Assembly (NCBI GenBank): GCA_965178125.1
Contig: OZ237753.1
Span: forward strand, 806,001-870,000
Reading direction: 5' to 3'
From: Bilabrum cf. latius
Lineage: Eukaryota
Length of the DNA stretch: 64,000 nucleotides
Shown: positions 12,601 to 23,473 of the stretch, piece after piece
Layout of the letters: each line of letters begins with the position of its first letter
Numbering within the stretch: position 1 is the stretch's first letter
The notes under the pieces: model-generated
The model's database searches: none
What the model was told of the DNA's origin: nothing
Seen by the model: the letters and a program-made list of their open reading frames with translations, nothing else
Program-made: the position numbers and the translations under genes

Positions 12601-14617
12601 CATCGTGACTGTGACAGTGAACGGCAGCACCTCCGGCACCGAGCCTGCGCTGACAATCGTGCTCATGGCTCCCAATGCGGCGGCGGGGGACCCCGGATCG
12701 CCGGTCCGCGCCAGCGACATCGTGGTGACGCCTTCCATCGTCGCGCGATCCGTGTGTGGCTTGGGTGATGTGGACGGCGACGGGACCCCGGACGTGGCTG
12801 CTGGTGATCCGCTGCATGACGAGCCAGCTGGCGAGGACCGTGGCCTGGTGACCATCGCGTTCTTGCGTGAGAACGGAACCGTCAGGCACTCCGTTGAGCT
12901 GTCTCTGGGCCGCACCCCCGGTCTTGAGGAGTCCTATGCGTACGATGGAGATGCCCTGGGCTTCAGCTTGGCTGGCCTGGGCGACATCAACGGAGATGGT
13001 GTGCCTGACCTCGCTGCCGGGGCTCCACGCGACGGGAGCTCCCACAGCGACGAAGAGCCCGGGATGGTTTGGTTGTTCATGCTGAATGCCGACGGCTCGG
13101 TGCTGCGCGCCCGCAAGATCTCCAAGGTCTTTGACCCCCTCGTGTTCGCGACGGAGAGCGACTCGAGACTCGGCCTCGTGATCGGACGGGCTGGCGATCT
13201 TGACAACGACGGGGTACCAGACATCCTGGTGGGGCCGTTCGAAGAAGACAGCGCGGACGTGCACGGCCTGCTGTTGCGGCGGTCGGGAGACGTCAAGGAG
13301 CAGTTCAAGGTGGTGATCGAGGCCCCGGCTGAGCTAGGGTCGGGCGGTTCGGTGGATCGCGTGCTTTCAGTTGAAGCAGCGAGGGGCGCCCAGCTGCAGG
13401 GCAGGCGGCTCCAGGCCAGCCAGCCCCTCACTAGCACGAGGGTGCTTCGAGGAGGCCCTTCACAGACCTATGGCCGCGAGCTCAGCGCGGAAATGAGCTT
13501 CGGGTCTGGCATTCTGGCTCTGGGCGCGCTCACGGATTCGAACAGTGGCATTCGGCATGGAGCAATGGAGATCTCATTCGTATCGGAGGCTGTCATTCCC
13601 AACCTGCCGTCGTCGTCGCCTACACCCAGTACCAGCCCCAGTACCAGCCCCAGTACCAGCCCCAGTACCAGCCCCAGTACCAGCCCCAGTACTAGTCCCA
13701 GCACCAGCCCCAGTACCAGCCCGAGCACCAGCCCGAGCACCAGCCCGAGCACCAGCCCGAGCACCAGCCCCAGCGTCAGTGCTAGCCCCAGCACCAGCCC
13801 GAGCACCAGCCCCAGTACCAGCCCGAGCACCAGCCCCAGTACCAGCCCAAGCACCAGCCCAAGCACCAGCCCAAGCACCAGCCCCAGCGTCAGTGCTAGC
13901 CCGAGCACCAGCCCGAGCACCAGCCCGAGCACCAGCCCAAGCACCAGCACTGGCTCGACCACGACTCGCCCGCAAGGCAGGGAACTACCAGACAGCGACA
14001 GCGCCTCGGACGGGACCGAGACCTGCACGGACCAGCTACCAGGGGGTGCCGCCAGCTCCGCTGTGCTTGTGGAGACCTCCGTGAGCGTCGGCTCTGCTCT
14101 CCCCTCGGACATCGGATGTGCCACCGCGGAGGCATTCGTGGCCCAAGTCATGGCAGCAGCAGGTCTCGAGCCGGGTGACGCCGTGTTCTGGGTCGAGACG
14201 TCGCTGGACGGGCAGGGGTCCGTGCTGGTGCTGCAGGTACCCGCAGAATCGCCCCAACGCGCTGAGGAGCTGATCGCCCTGATCGAGCCCCAGCTGTCCA
14301 ACTCTACCATCCTGGATGACCTCGTGGCGGGAGCCGGGAGCGGGGCTTCGGCCAGCTACAACAACGACTCGGCGGTGGTGGACTCGCCCTACCTGGACAC
14401 GAGCGGGGAGGATGATGACCCTCCTATCTGGCTGTGGGTGGTGATCGCCGCGGGTGCCGTGCTTGTGTGTGGTGGGTGCATCACGTGGTTCGCGTGCGGG
14501 GCATGCTGCAAGAGAGAGGATGATGAAGAAGAAGACGAGAACGCCAAGGCCAGAGAGAGGAATGGTGAGGGCAAGCGCACCGACCCCAAAGTTGTGCCCT
14601 AGGCCGCAGAGGTGTGA
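9602..14617 (+). CDS. Integrin-alpha-like FG-GAP repeat type I membrane protein with a Ser/Thr/Pro stalk (~1671 aa; 4 in-frame TAG)
   Basis: ATG 9602 gives a signal-peptide-like start ([30 protein letters not shown]). Many FG...GDxDGDGxxDxxVGAP repeats (e.g. [32 protein letters not shown]), then (STSP)n and a TM helix [25 protein letters not shown] 9743, 10184, 12446, 14600; TGA 14615-17. Confidence 0.88.
13628..13947 (+). repeat. 12-bp coding tandem repeat AG(T/C)ACCAGCCC(C/G/A), ~26 units, encoding (STSP)n
   Basis: Directly visible; two variant SVSASP units; mucin-like stalk of the FG-GAP protein. Confidence 0.95.
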
Positions 14618-14785
14618 CGCGTGAGCTGCCCCGAGATTACGGTGGGTATACGAGAGCGGAAGCTTGGTCCACGACCTTCGGGAACAATCCTAGGCAAGCT
14701 GGTGGTGCAACGTGAATCAGCTCCGAGTTCATTCATGTTGTCGATCGGCGAAATGGTTTGCATGTTCGAGTGAAGTACACTATGG

Positions 14786-15879
14786 TCAGCCAATTCCACC
14801 CCCGGCGGCAATCCCAAGCTCTGGATCCACCCCACCGTCCCCTCCAAACGCAGCCGCCCCTCCGGCCATGCCCCCCAAGCTCGCGCTAGGCCCCATGCTC
14901 TCCATGGCCCCATCCACCCTGTCCATGTGCCTGGGCTCCATGTCCTCGCCGTACTGAAGCAGCCGGTCCGCAGAGCCCAGCACCAGCTCCAATGAATCCT
15001 CGTCCGTGGGGTCCAGCGGTAGGAACTGCACCATGCTGAAGTCATCGAGGAGCTTTGCCATGGCCCCGTTGAGGCTCTTGAACCTGGAGGGGGTGCTGGC
15101 AGAGAGCTCCTCCAGCAGGTCCACCCCCGATGGGCTCAGGAACCGGCCCCAGACGTCCTTTTTCACGATGTCGCACTTTGTGAGCACGTTCAAGTGCGGT
15201 AGCTCTAGATGCATCATGGCGGCCAGTGCTGCCAAGTTGCCGCTGAGCAGCTTGGCGGCATCCGAGGCGAACGTCGCGTCGATCAGGTACACCCCAACTG
15301 CGTTCCAGCCGTCCGACTGCAGCAGCCTGGCAACCGACCGCATAATTGGAACGTGGGAGTACAACTCAATCTATCCAGGGCAATCAAATAATACGTAATC
15401 CTCATCTCCGAAGCCCCCCAGGATGTCATCCAGCCAATCGGCCCTGCATTCCAACATGTAGTCCATGCAATACATAAGGCCCCCGTTCGGGCCCAAATCT
15501 AATTCCTCCATAACATCTTCAACGCTGATGAGGTCCCTTATATCTGCGAATCCATGGACCGTGTGGGAAACACCTTGCTGCACAGTAAACACCATTGCGT
15601 TCCAGGTCTGGGCACTATGGCACTGATGTCTCACCTGCAGCTAAGCTGTAGCCAAAATGATCTGCAGCTGGGTCTAAATTAATTACATGTACCTTTCTAC
15701 GCAGCGTTTTACAATGCTCTTGGATATTCTTGCAGTATGTGCTCTGCGAACGAAAGCTAAACGCAGAACGAATCCAGTATAGTGCGAGCTGCAAGCTGCC
15801 AAAGGCAGGCACATTACGTGAAAATATACCCCACTTTACCCGTGCCAGCTGGTCCCATCACGATTTGGGCGAACTTCAT
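14786..15879 (-). CDS. GPN3: GPN-loop GTPase 3 (exons 15879-15835, 15743-15635, 15543-14786; 1 in-frame TAG)
   Basis: [19 protein letters not shown]...[36 protein letters not shown][TAG 15371-73][24 protein letters not shown]. Two 91-nt GT-AG introns (15744-15834, 15544-15634); TGA 14786-88. Confidence 0.95.
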
Positions 15880-16148
15880 CGCAGCAAGTTGTGCATACAC
15901 GCCCGCAGCAAACAGCAACTGCGCTGCCAATGCTGATGTGACCAGTGTCAGCACCAGGATCGGATTGGGAGATGTCTTTCACGGGCAGCGGGGGAGGATT
16001 TGTAGGTATGTGTGGAGGCGGGGGCTGCACCCGCACGGGATTCAAGGAATTGTGCGAAGAAAGGTATCCAAGACTGCCAGATACTTCAAATACCCTTGGT
16101 CTGTTGCCCCAGAAGGCGGTACGCTCCGTTGCGGAAATGCGCGGAAAA

Positions 16149-18346
16149 TCATCGACCGATCTTCTTCTTCTTCTTACGCTTGAAGATCTTCTTCGGTCCC
16201 TTGGATCCTGTCGACCCCTGGCTCGAATTGCCCCAGCTGCCACCCCCATTCCCTCCGCCACCGCTGTTGCTGCCGCCGCCACCCCCACCCCATGGATCAC
16301 CGCCTCCACCTCCCCTGCTATTCCCCCCACCCCCCCCATTGTTCCCTCCTCCTCCTCCTCCACCACCGCCCCACGGGTCTCCACCGCCCCCGCCGCCGTT
16401 GTTCCCTCCTCCCCCACCATTCCCGCCCCACGGATCACCCCCACCACCTCCCGAGTGGCCGCCACTAGACCGCTTGCGGCTCCCACCTCCGCTATTTCTG
16501 CCGCCCCCATTGTTACCCCCACCCCCACCCCCACCCCAAGGGTCACCACCCCCCCCTCCTCTGCTATTCCCTCCTCCACCACCAACGTTGCTCCAACCAC
16601 CCCCGCCGCTCGGTGCTGGTGCAGGCGCGCCTCCCCCGCCACCCCACGCATCGCCACCGCTGCCGCCACCCCCATTGCCACCAAATGCATCACCGCCACC
16701 CCCATTGTTGCCACCGCCAAACGCATCCGCGCCACCACCACCGCCAAATGCATCACCGCCACCCCCATTGTTGCCACCGCCAAACGCATCCGCGCCACCA
16801 CCAGTGAATGCGTCGCCGCCGCCGCTGCTGCTGCTACCACCGAACGCATCGCCGCCACTATTTCCACCACCACCCCCATCGCCCCATGGAAACCCCCCAC
16901 CAGCACCGGAGCTAGAGCTCGGCGCGGGTGCAGGGGCACCAAACCCACCGATCGCATCACCACCGTTGCTTGCTGGTGCCCCGAACGCATCCGCAGCCGA
17001 GGGTGCAGGGGCAGGGGCAGGGGCACTGAACGAGTCGAAGCCATTGGAGCCCCCTGCAGCCGCGGACCCGCCAGCCCCGGACCCCCACGCGTCGTCACCT
17101 CCGCTGCTGCTCCCACCAGATGCCGGCGCAGGGGCGGGGGCATCAAATCCACCGAAAGCATCGCCTGCCGCCGGTGCGGGGGCTGGAGCTCCAAACGCGT
17201 CGGCGGCAGAAGGGACCGGCGCGTCTGCAGACCCGCCAGCGGGGGCAGGGGCGGGGGCAGGGGCGGGGGCGCCGAAAGCGTCCGCGCCGAAGGGATCGCC
17301 GCCATCTTTGCTGCCGGTAGACGAGGCAGGGGCCGGTGCAGGCGCCGGAGCGTCAAACCCGTCAAAGCCCGCGAACGCGTCAGGACCCTTGCCCTTGTCC
17401 TTGTCCTTGTCCTGATCCTTGCCAGCGTCACCGCTAGCTGGCGCAGGGGCAGGGGCAGGCGCGTCACCAAACCCACCGAAGTCTGCAAAGGCGTCCTGAG
17501 CGGGCGCGGGGGCAGCCGCGGAATCGCTACTGGACGCTGCCGAGGACGAAGCGGATCCACCGCCGGCAGGGGCGGGCGCAGGCGTGTCGCCCCAGCCAAA
17601 GTCGTCGCCCCCGCCGCCGCCGCCGCCTCCCGTCGTGGTGGTGGCCCCGCCACCGCTCTTCCCAGCCTCCTTGTCCGAAGTGCCGCCGCCCATGAAGTCT
17701 GCAAACTCGTCACCTCCAGCCGCCCCATTGCTGGAAGCAGGCTTTGGATTGCTGTACCTGTCCTTTGGTGCCTGGATGGGCGCGATCCTGGCGGCGTGCA
17801 GAGCGGATAGATCTGCGGAGGCTATGGGGGGCACGATGGGGGCGCGCATGACCTGCAGCCCGCCCCCGATGTAGGACGTGTGGTACGATGAGGACGAGGA
17901 CGAGGAGGGGTACAGCCCCGCCCGGCCCAGACCAGAAGCGTACCCGCCAGCCGTACCGCGGCCCAGACCCCCTCGCAGTGCAGAGGCAGCTGCAGCCGTG
18001 CCATCGTCGTCCACCGCCAGCCCCGTGGCACTGCCCACGTCACCCAGGCCGCCCGACCCGGTTGCAACCCCTGTTCCCTGCATCTCCCTCATGGAGTTCT
18101 CGAGCGCGCGCTTGAGTATGCTCTGCGTGCGCTCCTGCCTCTGCCGCATGCGCTCCATTCTCGTGATCTCGGTGGTCAGCTGCATGGCTGCTTCCTCGTC
18201 CTGCTTGGCACGAGCGTCCTCGTCCTACTGCCGGCGGGAGCGCCCCATCGGGATGGCCACAGCGCGGCGGGCCCGCTTCCGAGCCGGGCGCTCCGGGACA
18301 GAGTCCGGGGCATCGCCCGCCCCGCCTGGCCGCAGCTGCGCTCCGC

Positions 18347-18379
<33 letters not shown>

Positions 18380-19964
18380 TCCCCGCCACCCTGAGGCTGC
18401 CACCAAAGGGAGCCAGGTTGGGGTCGCGCTCGTCGGCCGGGGTGTGCGCGCTGGGGGCGCGCTTGCGCTTGCGACCCGCCGCCTGCGCCGGCGTGCGAGC
18501 GGCGCCGTCACCGTCTGTGTTTGACACCCCACTGGACTCTATCCCAGACCGGGCACTTTGCACGCCGCTGGTGCCCCCGTCTACCCTTCGCCTGGACCCC
18601 CCTCGCGTGTCTCCGGCTGCGAGCCCGTTTCCTCTGGTCTCCCCATCGGCTTGCAGGTCCTCAAGTTGGAGCGCACCATCGCCATCCCCGTTGCCTCCAT
18701 CCCTGCCGCCCACCACGCCTCGGCTGAACGACACGGACCGTCCACGCGGCCGCTTGCGTGCCGACCTGCTGGCCGGTCTCGAGCTGCCGTCGCCGTCATC
18801 GTGCCCGTCATCGTCCTGCATCGGAGTGCCCACCCCGCCCACGCTGCCTCGGCTGAATGGAGACGTATCGCTGGCTCCCCCAATACCGGAGCCCGCCCCC
18901 GGCGAAGTGCCGGCGTCAGAGCCCCCCCCCTATTGTTCCCCGAGCCGGTCGCTGGCCCCCGCAGTGCCCCTCGTCCCACGAGACCTCGACAGCCGGTTGC
19001 GACCGGTGGACTGCGTCGCCTCTGTGGCAGCGTAGGCAGACCCCTCCGTCGCGAACGATTCGTCGGCCCTATTACCCCGAGTGAGCCCGCTGCCCCCGCT
19101 GGCGCCCAGCACCAGCTGCCTGCCCGCCCCCGCCCCTCTTTCCGGCGCAGTTCCCTGCCGTCCAGCAGCCCTGGAGAACAAACCGTCGTCAAAGGTGCCA
19201 AGCCCACTGGCCCCCTCGCCATTCTCGCCCCCCCTCTGCTGCCTCGTGCGCGCGCTCGCCACTGCCCTCCGCCCCCGCCTCCTCCTCACCGAGGACAAGG
19301 GGGTGCCAAGCAGCTGGCCCTGAGCCGTAGCAGGCATGGATCCGCGGCGGCGGCTCTGCCTCAGTTCCTAGCCGAGGGGCTGCCGCCGGGCTCCCCTCCG
19401 CTGGTACGATTCGTGCTCGTTCTCCCCTTCCTCCTCGTCGGCGTCGTCGTCGCTTCGGCCTCCAAGCCGGTCGCCGTCTTCCAGCGAGCCGTCAGACTCG
19501 GCAGAGCCACCGCCTCCACCGAACGCGAAATCGCGAGTCCCAAGATTTCCCGACGCGCCAACAAGCGCGGATGCCTCCTCGTCCGCGTCAGCAAGGAACG
19601 ACCGAGCACCTGCTCCGCGGGAAGGACGAGCAACGGTCAGCTCGCCGCGCGTGTCGCCAAATGCGTCGGTTTTAATAGAGCGGCGCATCTCGCTGCCACC
19701 GCTCTGGAACGAAACGTCTGGCCTGGCCTGCAAATCACCCGCACCTGTCCTGGAGGTACCTGTCGAATCGGTTCCATCGCTGCTCGCTTTGCTAGAAGCA
19801 CCGGCCCGCGGTGTGCTGCGAGCATTCCCGCCAGACATCACATCATCAAGATGCGATCGCTCCACGGAATCTCGATCAGCACTGTTGCGCGATTCTCCGT
19901 TTGCTTGTACGGTGCGCTACCTAGATCCTACGACTTGAGGGAAGACCTTGAACGTGGCTAAGCT
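16149..19964 (-). CDS. Large disordered Gly/Ala/Pro-rich protein with a UIM-like motif and DPW/DPF/DAFG repeats (putative endocytic accessory protein); large 3' exon only, 5' exons unresolved
   Basis: One frame from 19964 to TGA 16149-51 through TAG 19917, 19368, 18930, 18225. QSILKRALENSMREM is UIM-like; many DAFG, DPFG and GDPWGG motifs; basic C-terminus FKRKKKKKIGR. 19965-67 may be a splice acceptor. Confidence 0.7.
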
Positions 19965-20948
19965 CTATTGCGGGCAAGCGATAGCAGGTGATGCAAAGTC
20001 AGTACAGTTTGGTTCCGCTACAATTCGTGCACTCCACATGGTGCTACAAAGCGTTTCAGCCAAAGAGGAGGATATCAACGGACGGCGCCACTCACTGCTG
20101 CCTGATCTGCCACGAGACCGGGGACGTCGCGCCGAATGAGCTATCTTTCGGGGACTATCTTGACTGCAAAACTCGAGTGGAACTTGAGACTGTCTAAAAA
20201 AGTGCGTCTGGCGCCGCATCGCCGGCAGGCCCGGACACAATCAATTGGAGCACTCCTTGCTGTCCTCACCTAGTCGATATGCTCTTTGAGGGGCCCGTAA
20301 TGAAGTGGACTATGGCGGCGAGGCAACCCAAAAAGGCAAATAAAATCAAGTATGGCGCAAAACTGGACATTCTGCGGAAGACTACCGCTTGCGACACTGA
20401 AAATTATTCAAGTTGAAATCCATCTGGTTTTCGGACAAAAAGACTCGCTACAACAAGCCAGAAAGTAGCAATGCCTTTCCTGCAGCTTTGCTTGCAATAC
20501 AATATGATCTACACCATCAGCTCCCCTCTGTACCAGAGCTTCCTGGAAGGTGGCGGCAAGGAGGAGTGAGTGCAGGGACCGCAGACCAGTGATACGCTCT
20601 GACAGGTACTCGCAAGTTCCTCGTGCCACCAAACTCACCCATCCCACGCCCTGCAGCCGCGTTAGCTCTCGCGTCTTCAAGGAAATGACCTTTGCTGCGG
20701 GTCACCTGGAAGCGTGACAGCGGGGCCAGGCGCATGATGTCGCTTGGTTCCCGCAGATTCGAATGGATGGCTCGGTCGCTGAGGACTGCTCGCTGCGGAG
20801 TGTGCCCACGCGCGGTGAAACCGCCATCCAGATGAAACCTTGAATCTAAAAGAAGCGTGATGCTTTAATTCCAAGCGCTGCGCAATTGTTCTCGCTGTGT
20901 CACTTCATGCATGGCTCGTACAACAAAAGGACACTGTTGCCAAGTGAA

Positions 20949-23231
20949 TTAATGAATTTCGGCTTGCTATCGCTCAAGACTGCCATTCTCCTATCTACTG
21001 TAGCCCCCCTGAGGCTCCACGCACTCTGCAGCGGCCTCACAGCACGCAGCCAGTCCCAGGAAGAGCCCCCGCGCCCAGCCATCGCCGTTCCCCATCCCAC
21101 CGCCCGAATCCCCCGATGCCCCGCCCCCGCGCCTGGACCCCGCACCGCCTAGGGTTTCATAACCAGCACCCGCCCTACCCCTCCCGCCCTGTTGTTCCCT
21201 GGCAAGCTCCGCCTCGCGCGCCCTCCGCGCCCTCGGAGCCAGCCGCGGCGACACCATCATCCTCCGCAGCTCCCCCCGCCCGACCCCTGCCTCTGCGACG
21301 GACAGAGAGCTCCGCGCCCTCTCCAGCAGCTCCAGCACGTCAGCGAGCAGGGCGGGGCCCAGGATGTGCGGGGGCACCAGTCCCCTCGAGAGCGGGCCCA
21401 CACCGGGCCGCCCGCCCACTTTGCCGCTGCCGCCAGCAGCAGCACTGCCCTTCCCCCCCCCGTCCCCTTCCCCTTCCCCATCGCTCCCGGTCGAGTCGCC
21501 GCTTCCATCCCTGCGACTGTGCCCCGCCCTGCCCCCCGCAGCACCTCCCACGCCTCCTGCCTGCCCCACGGCCTGCCGCTCCAGCACGCCCTCCGCCAGT
21601 GCCGCGGTCATCTGCGCGATGGGCTCGTCGGGCCCGTCCACCCCGCACGCGTAGTCGATCGTGTCCACGAACTCCTTCATGCGAGGCAGCACGGCAGTCT
21701 CGAGCGACTCCAGGATATGCGCGTTCGCGTCCCGGCTGCGATCCAGCTGGCCCGCAAGCCCCATGGCCTCCTGCCGAGCTGCCATGCGCTTCCTCTCGTG
21801 AGACCCGGCCTGCCGACGCACCTCCTCCCGCTCGCGCGCCAGGCTCGCCCTCTCCTCCTTCACCTTCCTCTCCGCCGCCAGCAGTTGTTCCCTGGCCCCA
21901 CGAGCCCTGGACTCGGCCCCAGCCAGCCGGCCCCGCGCCGACTCGCCCTCGGCCCGCGCAGCCACTAGCTCCCCCTCCAGCCGGCCCACCCGCACCCGCA
22001 GCTCTTCCAGTTGTTCCCTGGCCTCTCGTTCCCCTGCCTCCGCCCTGCTCGCCCTGCCCTCCGCCGCAGCCGCCCGGGAGTCCGCCTGCGCCGCCGCATC
22101 CCTGGCCTCCCCCAACTCGGCCCTGAGCCGGCCCTCGGCTTGTTCCCTGGCCGCGGCCCCCGCCCCTTTCGCCTCTTTTCTCGCATCTTGCGCCTCTCGT
22201 TCCGCCTCCTGCATCCTGACCCGCATGGAATCCCGCTGCCTGGAAGCCTCCAGGAGCTGCTTGGCCATCGCGTCTGCCTCGGCCTGCTTGGACCTGAGGG
22301 CCAGCTGGGCCTCCCTGCCCCTGTCCGCCCGCTCGCGGAGGGAGGACGCCTCTGCCGTGGCCGCCGCCAGCTTGCCCCTGGCCTCTGCCGCCTCCTGCTC
22401 CGCCGCTTGTGCCCTCGCATTCGCCTCCTCTGCCCGAGCCTCGGCAGCGTCTGCTCTCTGCGTCGCCTCTCGCCTCGCTCGGTTGGCCTCTGCAAGCACG
22501 CCCGCCGTGTCTTCTGCCCTGCCCGCCTCCCGCTTGGCCTCTGCCTCTGCCATGAGCACCCGGCGCTCCAGCGACGAGAACTGCTCCGATCGATCCCGGG
22601 CACGTGCCTCAGCCTCGTCGGCGCGCTGGGACTCCGACGCCTGGCGCTGGCGGGCCGATTTGAGCTGTGCCCTGAGGGCCTCCATCTGCCCCGCCCCGGA
22701 CCTGCTGCTGGTGATCGACTCCTCGATCTGCGCCTTGAGCGCGTCCACCTGGGACTGGAGGGCCTCGCACTGGGAGCGCAACTGCAGCACCTGCTCGTCC
22801 GCCCTAGATCGAGCTGCTCGCTCCTCCTCGGCACGAACCTCCGCGCGGGACAAGGCTTCCTTCACGGCCGCCTCTGAGCTTTGGAGCCGCGCAATGGCGT
22901 CTGCGCTCGCGGCCGCCTCCTTGGATTCGCCGGATGCGCCTCCCTTTGCGGCTCCTTCCTTGTCGGCAGCCTGGGCCCGAAGCGCAGCCACTTCGTCCTG
23001 CAGCGACTTCTGCTGAGTTGTAAACTTAGAAATCTGCTCTGCCATGTACTTTCGAGCTTGCTCGCGCACCTGCTTGAGCTTGCTATCCTTCTTCAACAGA
23101 GACGCGCGCAGCGTTGCGAGCTCTGCATCCCGTCGCCTGTTCTCTTGAGCTTCCTCGCGGAGTGCATTCAAGAGCCCCGGCCTGTCCAAGTCATTCCACT
23201 TCCGTTCCCTTGCTTCATCCAGGGTAGACAT
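20949..23231 (-). CDS. Long coiled-coil protein (~760 aa)
   Basis: ATG 23231, heptad-like A/E/R/Q-rich sequence. After ...GGYSR come TAG 20991-93 and TAG 20967-69, then TAA 20949-51 (ENGSLER[Q]QAEIH*). Confidence 0.75.
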
Positions 23232-23473
23232 GGGTTCGGGCCGACCCTGCTCAACGACTCTCGGGCCGGCAGCCTTTCACGGCCAACTGGAAACGATTTT
23301 ACCACCGTTCAACGAAACTTCAACAGCGTTATTATTTGCTTGCAATGTTTTCTCTGTTCCTTCGGGTCTAAGGCGAGTGGTGTCGGAAAACATCGACATT
23401 GCCAGGAGGATTCGGATCCATTTTCATTTGCTTGGTTCGTTCGCACCGATCTTATGCTACGGCAAGCAGCGAA

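Noticed and set aside
13628-13947. Possible CRISPR array or non-coding satellite
   Set aside because: No spacers; it is an in-frame 12-bp repeat coding (STSP)n inside a eukaryotic gene.
15371-15373. UAG as pyrrolysine, Leu, Tyr, Glu, or A-to-I-edited Trp; or programmed leaky readthrough
   Set aside because: Conserved columns and poly-Gln context indicate Gln; up to 15 TAG per gene is incompatible with leaky readthrough.
15836-17810. Long overlapping ORFs (630, 621 and 467 aa; extensin-like poly-Pro)
   Set aside because: Shadow frames of the GC-rich, Gly-rich minus-strand gene; that frame has coherent motifs and continues upstream.
20486-20850. Small plus-strand spliced gene (MIYTISSPLYQSFLEGGGKE...)
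   Set aside because: GT-AG pairs exist but the products are short and unrecognisable; minus-strand splice signals fit the neighbouring gene at least as well.
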